Positions 25,656-39,600 of a stretch of DNA of 64,000 nucleotides are shown here, piece by piece (positions within the stretch are counted from its first letter, which is position 1; every line of letters begins with the position of its first letter). Position numbers and translations under genes: made by a program. The stretch comes from Squalus acanthias (lineage: Eukaryota): contig CM059431.1 in NCBI GenBank assembly GCA_030390025.1, forward strand, positions 151,902,001 to 151,966,000, given 5' to 3'. The notes under the pieces were generated by a model. The model was given only the letters and a program-made list of their open reading frames with translations. It did no database searches and was not told the DNA's origin.

Positions 25656-27753
25656 GCCATTCGATGATTCTGTGATAAAGGAAACTTTACCGGTTATTTA
25701 AGCTGGGGCATCTCATTCCAGTAGCTGCAGTGTAAGGCAGTTAACGCTGACGTCTACATGTTCTACTTTGAGCAGTATGTTCTTGGCCCAACTAGGACGG
25801 AGGCAATTCTGGATCTGGTGCTGCGGGCTGAGGTGGGTCAGTTCGAACAAATGCCTGTTGGAGAACACTTCGATACGAGTGATCATCGTATCATAAGATT
25901 TAGATTAGCAATGGAGAAGAGCAAGGACTAATCTAGTGTGGAGCTCCTAAACTGGAATAGGGCTAATTTCAATGGGATGCGAAAGGATCTACCCAGGGTT
26001 AAATGGAACGAAAAACTGACAGCAAAACACTGCAACAGAACAATAGGCGATCTTTAAGGAGGAGATGTTCCAATTAGAGGCTAGGTACATTCCAACAAGT
26101 GTAAAGGGAAAGGGAACCAAAGCACGGGCTCCTTGGATGACGAAGGAGATGGAGAAGATGGTGAAACAAAAAAATGGGTGTATGATTCATGTCAGGTGAA
26201 TTCATCAAGGGAAAATCAGACCAAATACAATAAGTTGAGATGGGAAGTGAATATGAAAATAAGATTGGCAAACAGAGAATATGAGAGTAGAATGGCGGTT
26301 AACATAAAAGGGATCCCAAAAATCTTCAACCGGCATGTAAACAGTAAGCGGGTAGTAAGAGGCGGGGTGGGGCATTTTAGGGACAAAGAAGGTGATATAT
26401 GCTTAGAGGCGCAGAACAAGGGTAGATTACTCAATGAATACTTTGTATCGGTGTTTACTAAGAAGGTGGTTTTGGAAAAGGTAGAAGCAATGGAAGGGGT
26501 GAAAATTGATAGACACGGGGTTACTAGAAAGGCTGGGGATGCTTAGTGCGGATAACTCGCCTGGTCCAGATGGCTTGCATCCCAGATTTCTAAGGGAATT
26601 GTGGGAGGAGATAGTGGAAGAGATTGCAATAATTTTCCATTATTCCCTAGGTGCGGGGGTGGTACCTGATGATTGGAAATTGACAAATATGACACCATTG
26701 TTCAAGAAAGGGTGTAAAGATAATCCTATTAAATACAGGCTGGTCAGTTTAACATCAATGCTGGGTAAAGTTTTAGAAACAATAATCAAGCAAAAGGTTT
26801 GCGGGCACTTGGAGGGGTTTAAGCTAATTAAGGAGTGCGAACACGGATTTGTAAAAGGCCGATCGTGTTTGACTCAACTCATTGAATTTTTTGATGAAGT
26901 AACAGGGAGGATTGATGAAGGGAATGCAATGGATGTTGTCTACATGGATTTTCGGAAGGCGTTTTGACAAAGTACGACATATGAGGCTAGGTAACAAAAT
27001 TGAGCCTCATGGAAAAGGTGACAGCTTGGATAAAGAATTGGCTTATGGGTAGAAAACAGCGAGTTGTGGTAAATGGCTATTTTTCAGACTGGTGGATAGT
27101 AGACTGTAGAGTTCCCCCAGTCAAAAACCGATCAAGCTCCCGCTTGAAATCAGCACCCATCACACGAGCCAACAGTGTATTCCAGTATGTAGTGAATGAG
27201 CCCATTAAATAGCGCTACTGAAAGGCCCTACATGCCTGTTAGCGCCACGCATTGCTGTGTGTGTTTATCATGTGGCAGGTCAGGTGCTGTCACAGAAGGA
27301 TCCTACAAGAAGCTTGGACCCTTTTTAAAATGTCTGAATCAGCGTGTGTCCTGGACACTTACGGAGCAGTCTTATCCAATATGGCAGGCAGTGCACCTCC
27401 AGCACATAGGTTTAGTGCTGGGTTCAGTACTTTTTTGATATATATAACTGACTTGCATATTGAGATACAGCGTAGAATTTCTAAATTTGCCGATGAGAAT
27501 GGAGAGACAAGTGGCAGATGGAATTTAATACAGAGAAGTGTGTGCTGATGCATTTTGGCAGCGGGATCAGGGAGACGTAATATATACTTAATGACACAGT
27601 TTTAAAGTGTGCAGGGACAGAGGGACCTTGGAGTTAATGTGCATATGTCACTGAAGGTGGCAGGTTATATTGAGAGAGTGGTTACCAAAGCATATGGGAT
27701 CATGGGGTTCATAAATAGAGGTATTGACTACCAAAGTAGCGAAGTTATGCTGA

Positions 27754-29030
27754 ACATAAGAACATAAGAAATAGGAGCAGGAGTAGGCCAATTGGCCCCT
27801 CGAGCCTGCTCAGCTATTCAATAAGATCATGGCTGATCTCATCCTAACCGCCAATCTACTATCACAGAACCATCTCCTGAACCTAACAGAATTGGACACA
27901 CGAAATAGGAGCAGGATCAGGCTACACGGCCCCTGGGCCCGCTACGCTACCCACAGACCCATGGCCGATCCGAACCGAGACTCATGTCCAAATTCCTGCC
28001 CGCTCCCCGTAACCCTTAATTCCCTTTACTTCTAGGAAACTGTCTATTTCTGTTTTAAATTTATGTAATGATGTAGCTTCTACAGCTTTTTGGGGCAGCA
28101 TATTCCATGGACCTACCACCCTCTGAGTGAAGTAGTTCCTTCTCATCTCAGTTTTGAAAGAGCAGCCCCTTATTCTAAGACTATGCCACCTAGTTCTAGT
28201 TTCACCCATCATCGGGAACATCCTCCCCGCATCCACCCGATCCAACCCCTTCACAATCTTATATGTTTCAATAAGATCGCCTTTCATTCTTCTGAACTCC
28301 AATGAGCAGAGTTCCAATCTACCCAACCTCTCCTCAAATGTCCATCCCCTCATCCCCGGGATTAACCGAGTGAACCTTCTTTGTACTGACTCGAGAGCAA
28401 GTATGGCTTTTCTTAAGTATGGACACCAAAACTGTATGCACTATTCCAGGTGCGGTCTCACCAATATCTTGTACAACTGAAGCAATACCTCCCTATTTTT
28501 ATATTCTATCCCCTTAGCAATGAAAGCCAACATTCCATTGGCCTTCTTAATCACTTGTTGCACTTGCATACTAACCTTTTGAGTTTCTTGCACCAAGACC
28601 CCCAGATCCCTTTGTAGTTCAGTACTTTCCAGTTTCTTGCCATTTAGATAAATACTTGCTCTACTATTTTTCCTGCCAAAGTGCATAACCTCACACTTTC
28701 CAGTATTGTATTCCATCTGCCAAATCTCTGCCCACTTACTTAGCCTGTCTATGTCCCCTTGCAGATTTTTTATGTCCTCCTCACTCACTACTTTCCCTCA
28801 GTATCATCTGCAAACTTTGATATGTTACACTCGGTCCCCTCCTCCAAATCGTTAATATAGATTGTAAAGTGTTGGGGACCTAGCACTGACCCCTGCAGAA
28901 CACCACTAATTACTGATTGCCAGTCTGAGAATGAACCATTTATCCCAACTCCCTGCCTTCTGTTAGATAGCCAATCCTCTATCCATGCCAGAATATTACC
29001 CCCAATCCCTTGATTTTTTATCTTAAGCAA
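27754..29030 (-). mobile_element. CR1 subfamily 'C', 5'-truncated
   Basis: Highly similar to 4681-5806 and 16868-18040, with the doubled 3' stem-loop. Absent from the paralogous site at about 54290. Confidence 0.92.
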
Positions 29031-29197
29031 TAAAGCGCTGGTGAGGCCACAATTGGAGTATTGCGTCCAGTTCTGGCCACCACAATTTAGGAAGGATATG
29101 AAGTCCCTTGTGAGGTTGCAGAGGAGATTGACCGGTATGGTTCCGGGGATGGGGGATCTTAGCTACAAGGGCAGGCTGGAGAAGCTGGATTTGTTTT

Positions 29198-32100
29198 ATA
29201 GAGTTGTACAGCACAGAAAGAGGCTCTTCGGCCCATCGTCTCCGCGACGGACATCAAGACCTGTCTACTCTATTCACATTTTCCAGCACTTGTTCCGTAG
29301 CCTTGTATGCTATGGCGTTTGAAGTGCTTTTCTAAATACTTCTTGAATGTTGTGATGGTTCCTCCCTCTGCCACGCTTTCAGGCAGTGAGTTCCAGATTC
29401 CAACCACCCTCTGCGTGAAAAAGTTTTTCCTCATATCCCGTCTAAACATTCTGCCCCTTACCTTGATATTGTGTCCCTTGGTTATTTACCCCTGAACTAA
29501 GGGGAAAAGTTCCTTTCTGTCTACCCTAGCTATGCCCCTCATAATTTTGTGCACCTCAATCAAGCCCAGCCTCAGCCTGCTCTGCTCGAAGGAAAACAAT
29601 CCCAGCCTGTCCAGTCTCTCTTCATAGCTGAAGCGCTCGAGCCCAGGTAACATCATTTTGTATCTACTCTGGACCGCCTCCAATGCAACCATATCCTTCC
29701 TATAGTGTGGCGACCAGAACTGCACACAGTATTCCAGCTGTGGCCTAACTAGCGTTTTGTACAGCTCCATTGCAACCTCGCTGCTCAGATATTCTATGCC
29801 TCGGCTAATGAAGGCAACTATCCTATATGCCTTTTTAACCACCGTATCTACCTGTCCTGCTGCCTTCAGGGATCTATGTACATGCATACCAAAGTCCCTC
29901 TGATCCTCTGACCTTCCTAGGGTCCTACCATTCATTGTGTATTCCCTTGCCTTGTTAGTCCTCCCAAAATGCATCACCTCAGAATTTTCAAGGTTACATT
30001 CATTTGCCACTGTTCTGCACCTCTGACCAATCCGTCTATATCGTCCTGTAGCCTGAGGTTTCGCTCCTCGCTATTTACCTCTCCACCAATTTTCGTGTCA
30101 TCTGCGAACTTACTGATCATACCTCCTACATACATATCTAAATCATTAATGTACACTACAAGCAGAAAAGGGCCCAGCACCGATCCTTGCGGTACACCAC
30201 TGGATAAAGGCTTCCAGTCACAAAAAACAACATTCAACCATCCCCCTCTGCCTCCTACCACCAAGCCAGTTTTTGATCCAATGTGCCAAATTGCCCTGGA
30301 TCCCATGGGCTCTTACCTTCTTGACCAGTCTCCCATGCGGGACTTTGTCAAAAGCCTTACTGAAGTCCATGTAGACTGCATCAAATGCAGTACCGTTATC
30401 CACACACGTAGTCACCCCCTCGAAAAATTCAATGAAATTGGTTAGACATGATCTCCCCCTGACAAAGCCATGCTGACTATCCTGCTTAATCTTTGCCTCT
30501 CCAAGTGGAGACTGATTCTGTCCCTCAGCATTTTTTCCAATAATTTCCCTACCACTGATGTTAGGCTCAATGGACTGCAATTCCCTGGTTTACCCCTACT
30601 CCCCTTCTTGAGTAATGGTACTACGTTTTCTGTCCTCCAGTCCTCTGGCAGCTCCGCTGTGGCCAGGGAGATTCTGAAAATTTGTGCCAGAGCCCCTGCA
30701 ATCTGCTCCGTCGCCTCACACAGCAGCATGGGATACATCTCCTCTGGTCCTGGGGATGTATCCACTTTTAAGCCGCTAAAAAACTGTAGTACCTCCTCCC
30801 TCTCAATGCGAATTTGTTCAAGTAAAGCACAATCCCCGTGCCTGATTTCTATGCCTACATCGCCCTTCTCCATAGTGAACACAGATGCAAAATATTCATT
30901 TAAATCCTCACCTGCATCTCCCGGCTCCACACACATTGCCACTTTGGTCCCTAATGGGCTCTACTCTTCCCTGGTTATCCTCTTTACCTTAATATACTTA
31001 CAAAACACCTTGGGATTGTCCTTTAATTTTCCCACCAGTGTTTTTTCATGCCCCCTCTTAACTCTCCTAATTACTTTTTTAAGTACACCCCTTCACTTTC
31101 TATACTCCTCTACGGCTTCCACTGCTTTTAATCCTTTGTATCTGCCAAAAGCCATCTTTTTTTCCGAATCCATTCTTGTATATCCATAGATACATAGAGA
31201 CATAGAAGATAGGAGCAGGAGTAGGCCATTCGGCCCCTCGAGCCTGCTCCGCCATTCGATGAGGTTCATGGCTGATCAACCAAACTCAGTACCCTGTACC
31301 TGCCTTCTCCACATATCCCTTGATATCTTTAGCTTTAAGAAATAAATCTAACTCATTCTTGAATATATTTAATGACTTGGCCTCAACTACCTTCGGTTGT
31401 AGAGAATTCCACAGGTTCACTACTCTCTGGGTGAAGAAATTCTTCCTCATTTCTGTCCTAAATGGCTTACCCGTTATCCTTAGATTATGACCCCTGGTTC
31501 TGGACTCTCCGACCATCGGGAACATTCTTCCTGCCTTTAGTTTGTCCAGACCTGTCAGAATTTTATATGTTTCGATGAGATCCCCTCTCATTCTTCTATA
31601 CTCCAGCGAGTATAAGCCCAATCGAACCAATCTCTCCTCATATGTCATTCCTGCCATCCCAGGTATCAGCCTTGTGAATCTTCGCTGAACTCCTTCCATG
31701 GCAAGAACTTCTTTCCTCAGATAAGGCGACCAAAACTGCACACAGTACTCAAGGTGTGGTCTCACCAAGGTCCAGTACAACTGCAGCAGGACATCCCTGT
31801 TCCTATAGTCAAACCCTTTCGCTATGAAGGCCAACATACCATTTGTCTTCTTCACCGCCTGCTGCACCTGCTTGCTTACTTTCAGCGACTGGTGCACAAG
31901 GACACCCACGTCTCGTTGCACTTCCCCTTCTCCCAATCTATTGCCATTCAGATAATAATCTGCCTTTCTGATTTTGAAACCAAAGTGGATAACTTCGCAT
32001 TTATCCACGTTATATTGCATCTGCCACGCTTCTGCCCACTCACCCAACCTGTCCAAATCATTCTGGAGTTTCTCGGAATCCTCCTCGCAGCACACACTCC

Positions 32101-32555
32101 CACCCAGCTTTGTGTCATCTGCAAACTTGGACATCCCTTGACATCCAGGGTTCCCTGGGCTTGTTGGTCCCACCCTTGACCTTTACGGGAACATGATGGA
32201 GTTGTAGTCTCTCTATTTCCTTTCTGAAAGACTCCCAATGCTCTGATGTGGATTTTCCTACAAGTAGCTTATCCCAGTCCAATTTGACCAGATCCTGCCT
32301 ACCAAATTAAAATCGGCCTTCCCCCAATTTAGAAACTTTATTTCCGGTACATCTTTGTCCTTTGCCATGACTACCTTAAATCTCACCGAATTATGGTCAC
32401 AGTCACCAAAATGATCTCTTACTGACACTTCTACCACTTGCCCGGCTACATTCCCTCGAATTAGGTCCAGTAAAGGCCCCTCTCTTGCGAACTTTCTACA
32501 TGCTGGCTCAAAAAGCCCTCCTGGATGCACTTTAAGAATTCCGCACCCTCTAAGA
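29198..32555 (-). mobile_element. CR1 subfamily 'B' containing a nested CR1-A
   Basis: ORF2 fragments 29486-30942 and 32258-32560. Absent from the paralogous site at about 54460. Confidence 0.88.
31187..32130 (-). mobile_element. CR1 subfamily 'A' 3' fragment nested in CR1-B
   Basis: Open RT C-terminus (ORF 31286-32173), ATATCC/ACATCC flanks, TCTATG tail. Confidence 0.9.
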
Positions 32556-33224
32556 GTCATTAGAGCAAAGGAGGTTGAGGTGTGATTTGATAGAGGTTTA
32601 CAAGATTATTACGGGCTTGGATAGGCTAGACGTGCGAAGACTGTTTCCACTAGTTAATGGTACAAGGACTAGGGGACACAGATTTAAGTTTTTGGGCAAG
32701 CGATACAAGGGTGAATGTGAGGAAAAACATTTTTACACAGCGAGTGGTGATGACTTGGAACTCGAAGACGACGGAATTGGTGGAAGCGGAGGCACTCAAT
32801 TTATTCAAGGGGAGGCTGGATAGGCACGTGAGGGAAATAAACTTGCAGGGCTACGGGGAAAGAGCGGGGGAATGGGACTGACTGGATGCTCTACAGAGAG
32901 TCGGCACATACTCGATGGGCCGAATGGCCTCCTTCTGTGCCGTTTCGACTCGATGATTATGACTCCACTGCTGAAGCTCAATCATGACTGTTCTCTTTGA
33001 ATCTTATGCAATACGTGCCTTGTTTTAACGGGAATCGAGTATGTTCATCCGGGGAAAGCAGTAAAAATCAAACGCACAGAACAAAAGGGAAGACATATTT
33101 CCTGATACGTGTACATTTTCGCAACAATAATCTCGTTTTCGTCCCAACTGAAAGAAATTCATTCTAAAACGGAACTCGATCTGCAATTAAGCTCTAGTTA
33201 GGAAAGGAAGCTCTGGTTTGATCT

Positions 33225-34120
33225 TCATGTTTTGTTAACCAAGTTGCGAATCAATGCCCAGGGAGATTTCACTAATCTCACCAGCTCTTCCCTGAATTTG
33301 GTTTGTGTCGCAGCATAAATGTACGTGTTTGTGCAGGAGATAAAGTACAAGAGCATAAATCCGGTTGCAGAGGCGCTGTATGCAGGAGATATATAATCAG
33401 GTCGAACATGAATGGCCAGGTAGTTAATTAAATAACTAACGAGAGATGTCAGCCACAACAATGTAACACTGCCTGTCACACTGAACTGTAAAATGATGGC
33501 TTTCCTCCGGCTCTCCATCTCAGAATCGCTCTGATTCTCACTGCAGTTACCCCGGAGTCTCCTGCGGGCTCTACTGGCAGCTAGAATACGCCTGACTGTC
33601 AAACAATTGAACAGTAATATCAAAGCGAAGGGAAGCGCTGTACATACAACAGTTTGGAAGCTGAGAACGCTATACCTGCAGGCGAGGTAAAAAAGTAAAT
33701 TTTTAAGCGGCAAACCCAGTGAATCTTTTTAATGATTCGGTCAGTTCCAGATGCAAACGATAAGGGAATATCGATCGAACAGAACATAGACCGTTGTTAA
33801 GGCGGCGGCCGCAGTTCTCACTGTGCAATATTTCGTTTTAAACTTCTCACAACTTATCGCGACATATCGGTCAAATGTGAAGGTGACGGTAAACCACACG
33901 GACATATGGACGGCAACAGCATTCAAGTATATAAGCAACCTACAGACGGCAGTGAAGTTGAGGAATGAATGTGGAAAGTGATATGTAAAAACGCGGTACA
34001 GCAGCACATTGATGATCATGACCAGAAGATCTGCTGTTGCCATGGCCACCATGTAGACCGAGATACCTTTGGAAAGACCGCATTTTCCTCTGGAGAGAAT
34101 CACGATTGTCAATAGTTACG
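33225..34120 (-). pseudogene. GPR139/GPR142-like class A GPCR pseudogene, exon 2
   Basis: Paralogue of 55095-55996. In-frame TAA right after the acceptor (cag|CG TAA versus cag|CG AAC), a 5-nt deletion near 33780 and a 1-nt deletion near 33665. DRY and NTYIY motifs remain. Confidence 0.9.
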
Positions 34121-34449
34121 CTGCAAGAAAGAGGGACAAGCTGTCAGTAACGGGCATGCTCGGATAAATCTCATTACATATTGTGGGGAAGTGTGCAGAT
34201 GTGTCCCTGTGCAGGCGGAATTTCAATTATATAGGCGAGCGTGAACGAAGAGGTTTTTTAAAAAAATAAACATTTAACACTCAATATAGAGGAACTGAAA
34301 ATCCGCCGTTCTTCACTGCAGACTTCAGACAGACATCGCCAAATATTAAATAAATTTCACAGCAATTAATGTAAAGATATGAATTCAAACGAAACATTCA
34401 GTTGAGAAAACATCATTCAATTTAGGTCGAAACTCTGCGCTTTTTCTCT

Positions 34450-35695
34450 GTAAAGTGCTGATAAGTGGCAGGTAACATTCGCGACACAGAAGTGGAAGGC
34501 AATGATTATCTTCAACGAGCGAGAGTCCAACCACCGCCCCTTGACATTCAATGGTATTAGAATCGCCAAATCCCCCACAATCAAATTCCTGGGGGTCACC
34601 ATTGACCAGAAACTTAACTGGGTGAGCCCCTTAAATACTGTGGCAACAAGAGCAGGTCAAAGGCTAAGTATTCTGTGGCGAGTTTCTCACCTCATGTCTC
34701 CCCAAAAACATTCTACTATCTACAAGGCACAAGTAAGGAGTGTTTCTTTAAATTCGTATTTGGGATGTGTGCGTCTTTGTCAAGGCCAGCATTTCTTGCC
34801 CATCGCTCATTGCCCTTGAGAATGTGGTGGTGAGCCGCATTCTTGAACCGCTACAGTCCGTGTGGTGATGGTACTCCCACAGTGCTGTTAGGGAGGGAGT
34901 TCCATGATTTTGACCCAGCGACGATGAATGATCGGCGATATATTTCAAGGTCAGGATTGTGTGTGAGTTGGAGGGGAGATTCGAAGAGCTGATGTTCCCA
35001 TTCGCCTGCTGCCCTTGTAATTCTAGGTGGTAGAGTTCGCGGGTTTTGGAGGAGCTGCCGAAGAAGCCTTGGCGAGTTGCTGCAGTGCATCTTGTAGATG
35101 GTACACACTGCAGCCACGGTACGCCGGTGGTGGAGGGGGAGAAAGTTTAAGGTGGTGGAGGGGCTGCCAATCAAGCGGGCTGCTATGTCCTTGATGGAAT
35201 ACTCTCCACTTCCCTGGATGAGTGCAGCTCCAACAACACTCAGGAAGCTCGACAACATCCAAGAAAGAGCAGCATGCTTGATTGGCACCCCATCCACCAC
35301 CCTAAACATTCACTATCTTCAACACCGACGTACCGTGGCTGCAGTGTGTATAATATAGAAGATGCACTGCAGCAACTCGCCAAAGCTTCTTAGGCAGCAC
35401 CTCCGAAACCCGCGAACTCTTCTACATAGAAGGACAAGGGCAGCAGGCGCATGGGAAGGCCTCCAGCAGAAAGTTACCCTCCAAGGCACACAAAATCTTG
35501 ACTAAGCAGTATATCGCCATCCCTTCATCGTCGCTGGGTCAAAATGCTGGAACTCCCTACCTAACAGCACTGTGGGATTACCTTCACCACACGGACTGCA
35601 GCTGTTCAAGAATGCGACTCACCACCACCTTCTCAAGGGCAATTAAGGAGGACCTTGCCAGCGACGCCCGCATCCCATAAACGAATACAAAATAA
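34450..35695. mobile_element. Intronic CR1/L2-group LINE 3' fragment (+) with an antisense copy of the same family inserted (about 34745-35192)
   Basis: Same family as 21715-23545. Arms 34750-35192 and 35258-35695 are reverse complements. Confidence 0.8.
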
Positions 35696-36204
35696 TCGCC
35701 TGGGAAGCCCGGGGGTGGGGGGAGCTGCTCTTAACAGATCGGGAGCTGGTTGAGGCGCGAAGGTTCTTTGCAGCCAATGGGAGGGGATAAGCAACCTGAG
35801 AGACAATTATTGCTCCAAATATCTATCAAAGTCCCCTGTTGGGTGGAGCTGGCTGAAGTCCGTGCAATTATCAATGTAAAATAAACAGGCTACAAGTGTA
35901 CAACTGAAGCGATTACCATTTCCGCGAAGAAACACATCCTGTACTGATCTCTAGACTGTTGGAGGGACCGGGGGAATGTCAGCTACGCCCTCCCTCAGTA
36001 CAGGGAGGAAAGGCGAGCGACCAGGCACCCACGATCTACCGACCAGCCTCACCAGCCGCGTGGACTGGTTGGATTCCCACTGACATTCACCAACATAACC
36101 CGGTGGATAAGTGACTCTGCAATGAGAACCTTCTCGGAATCATTACATAATCATTAACACAGAGATAGTCAACAGCCAATAGACAACAGGTTTCACTGAC
36201 TTAC

Positions 36205-36274
36205 CGGGAATGCCAAAGGCTGCGAGAGCAGGATAGTAAATGATGCTGACCATTTGAATTGTTGGCAGTGCCAT
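36205..36274 (-). pseudogene. GPCR pseudogene exon 1 (MALPTIQMVSIIYYPALAAFGIP)
   Basis: 70-nt ATG-initiated exon ending in G|GTAAGT; phase 1, matching the exon 2 acceptor. Confidence 0.88.
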
Positions 36275-36689
36275 TTTTATTTTAGAAGAATATGTGACTT
36301 CTGTCCGGCAGTATGGTTAGCATCAGAGTGCACATGCGATCCATAAGCACTCTCCCTTTACAGAATACTCGGTGCCCCGTTGATAAATTTAGTCACGCTG
36401 CAATTGGCGTTAGTTACAGTCACTTAACCAACAAGGCAAGATTTTCCGCTTCAGTGTGCCTTGACAACAAAGGAGACCTTTTAAAACTCAGTTCATGAAA
36501 CTTCATCAATTCAAATTAATGAACGGGAACTCATAGCAGTTGGAATGTACTGTGCACATGCACCGTGATCCCCCAAGGTAACATACCACACGGGCCCTGC
36601 GTTAGAATTACTGGTGCCTCGTAATAATTCGTGCAATCTTAACGCATTCATTATTTAGCTGTATTTAGCTTTGTACTATGATGATAAAT

Positions 36690-39600
36690 GGAGGTGACCC
36701 GACTCTAAGTATACTCGTGGTGACTCTACTCCAACATTACTGGTGGTGACTCCAATCTAACGTTAATGGTGGTGACTCTACTCTAACATTACTGGTGGTG
36801 ACTCTAATCTAACGTTAATGTTGGTGATTCAAATCTAACATTACTGGTGGTGACTCTACTCTAACATTACTGGTGGTGACCCTACTCTAACATTATTGCT
36901 GGCGTCTCTACTCTACCCTTACTGGTGGTGACTAGATTCTAACATTACTGGTGGTGACTATACTTTAACATTACTGGTGGTAACCCTACTCTAACATTAC
37001 TGGTGATGGCCCTACTCTAACATTATTGATGAACACAGTCCTCTGACATTACTGCTGGTGATCATATTCTAACATTACTGGTGGTAACTCTACTTTGACA
37101 TTGCTGGTGGTGATCATACTCTGACATTACTGCTAGTATACTCTCACATTACTGGTGGTGACTCTACTTTCACATTACTGGTGGCGACCCTGCTCCAGCA
37201 TTCCTGGTGGTAACCCTAATCTATCATTACTGGTGGTGGCCCTACTCTAGCATTACTGGTGGTGAGTCTACTATAACATTACTGGTGGTGACCCTGTTCT
37301 AACATTACTGGTGGTGACCCTGCTCTAGCATTACTGGTGGTGATCATATTCTAACATTACTGGTGGTAACTCTACTTTGACATTGCTGGTGGTGATCATA
37401 CTCTGACATTACTGCTAGTGTACTCTCACATTACTGGTGGTGACTCTACTTTCACATTACTGGTGGTGACCCTGCTCCAGCATTCCTGGTGGTGATTCTA
37501 CTGTAACATTCCTGGTGGTAACCCTAATCTATCATTACTGGTGGTGACCCTACTCTAGCATTACTGGTGGTGATTCTACTATAACATTCCTGGTGGTAAC
37601 CCTAATCTATCATTACTGGTGGTGACCCTACTCTAGCATTACTGGTGGTGATTCTACTATAACTTTACTGGTGGTGACCCTGTTCTAACATTACTGGTGG
37701 TGACCCTGCTCTAGCATTACTGGTGGTGACCATAAACTAACATTTCTGCTGGTGTCTGTACTCGAACATTACTGTTGGTTACCCTGCTCTAACAATAATG
37801 GTGGTACTTCTATTCTAACATTACTGAAGGTGACCCTGCTCTTATATTACTGGTGAGGACCCTAATTTAAAATTACTGGTGGTGACTGCACTCTATCATT
37901 ACTGGTGAGGACACAGCTTAACATTACTGGTGGTGACTCTACTCGAACAATAATGGAGGTGACACTACTATATCCTTAATGGTGAGGACCGTACTTAACA
38001 TTACTGGTGGTGTCTGAACTTTCGAATTACCAGTTATGACACTACTCTAACAGTACTGGTGGTGACCTTACTCTAACATTACTGGTGGTGAACCCACTCT
38101 AACATTACTGTTGGTAACCCTACTGTAACACTACTGGTTGTGACTATACTCGAACATTACTGGTGCTGATCCTATTCTATCATCACTGGTGGTGACTATA
38201 CTTTTATATTATTGGTGGTGACCCTACTCTGACATTACTGGTGATGACCCTCCTCTAACATTATTGATGGTGACACTACTCTGACATTACTGGTAATGAT
38301 CATATTCTGACATTACTGGTGGTAACTCTACTTTGACATTGCTGGTGATGATCATACTCTAATAATCCTGGTGGTTCTTCTTCTCTAACATTACTGGTGG
38401 TGACCCAGCTCTAGCATTACTGGTGGTGGCTCTAATCTAACATTACTGCTGGTGAGTCTACTCTATCATTACTGGTTAGGACTACTTAACAATACTGGTG
38501 GTGCTTCTGCTCTAACATTACTGGTGAGGGCCCTGTTCTAACATTACTGATGATGACATCAATCTAACTTTAATGGAGGAGACCATACTCTAATCATTCC
38601 TTGTTGTGACTCTGCTCTAACTTTACTGGTGATGAGGCTCATCTAACTTAACTGGTGGAGACAATACTGGAACCTTACTGGCGATGAACCTATTCCAACA
38701 CTACTGGTAGTGACTCTACTCTAGCATTACTGGTGGTGACACGGCTCTAACATTATTGGTGAGGACCCAAAACTAATATTACTGGTGGTGACTCTACTCT
38801 ATCATTACTGATGGGGACACAACTTAACATTACTGGAGGTGACACTACTCTAACTTTACTGGTGAGAACCGTACTTAACATTACTGGTGGTGACCTTACT
38901 CTAATATTACTGGTGGTGATCATAAAATAACATTACTGGTGTTGACCCTACTCTAACAACAGTGGTGGTGCTTCGACTCCAGCAATACTGGTGGTGACCC
39001 GGCTCTAACATTATTGGTGGTGATCATAAAATAACATTACTGGTGTTGAGCCTACTCTAACAACACTGGTGGTGCTTCTACTCCTGCAATACTGGAGTTG
39101 ACCCTGCTCTAAAAATACTGGTGAGAACCCTAATGTAAAATTGTTGCTGGTGACTCTATTCTAACATTTCAGGTGAGGATCGTACTTAACATTACTGGTG
39201 GTGCTTCTGCTCTAACATTACTGGTGATGGCCCTATTCTAACATTACTGGTTATGACATTACGCAAACTTTAATGGCAGAGACCATACTCCAATCATTTC
39301 TGGCTGTGACTATGCTCTATCATTACTGGTAATGTGGCTCGTCCAACTTAACTGGTGGAGACAATACTGCAACCTTACTGGCGATGTACCTATTCTAACA
39401 CTACTGGTTGTGACTCTACTCCAGCATTGCTGGTTGTGACCCTACTTTAACATTACTGACCTGACAATATTCTAACATTACTGGTGGTGACCCTACTATA
39501 AAACTACTGTTGCTGAACCTACTTTAACATTATTGTTGATGACACTACTCTAGCATTATTGGTGGTGATGATATTCTAACATTACTGGTGGTGACTCTAC

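Larger units (their letters stand above)
25760..32960 (+). mobile_element. CR1 ORF2 host element with nested insertions (27120-27410, 27754-29030, 29198-32555)
   Basis: Collinear with the uninterrupted paralogue at 51810-54860; RT motifs; 3' stem-loop at about 32905-32960. Confidence 0.88.

Noticed and set aside
30470..31189. Long antisense ORFs over CR1 elements (e.g. 239 aa here, 208 aa at 11611-12237)
   Set aside because: Shadow frames of CR1 ORF2 with no independent protein features.
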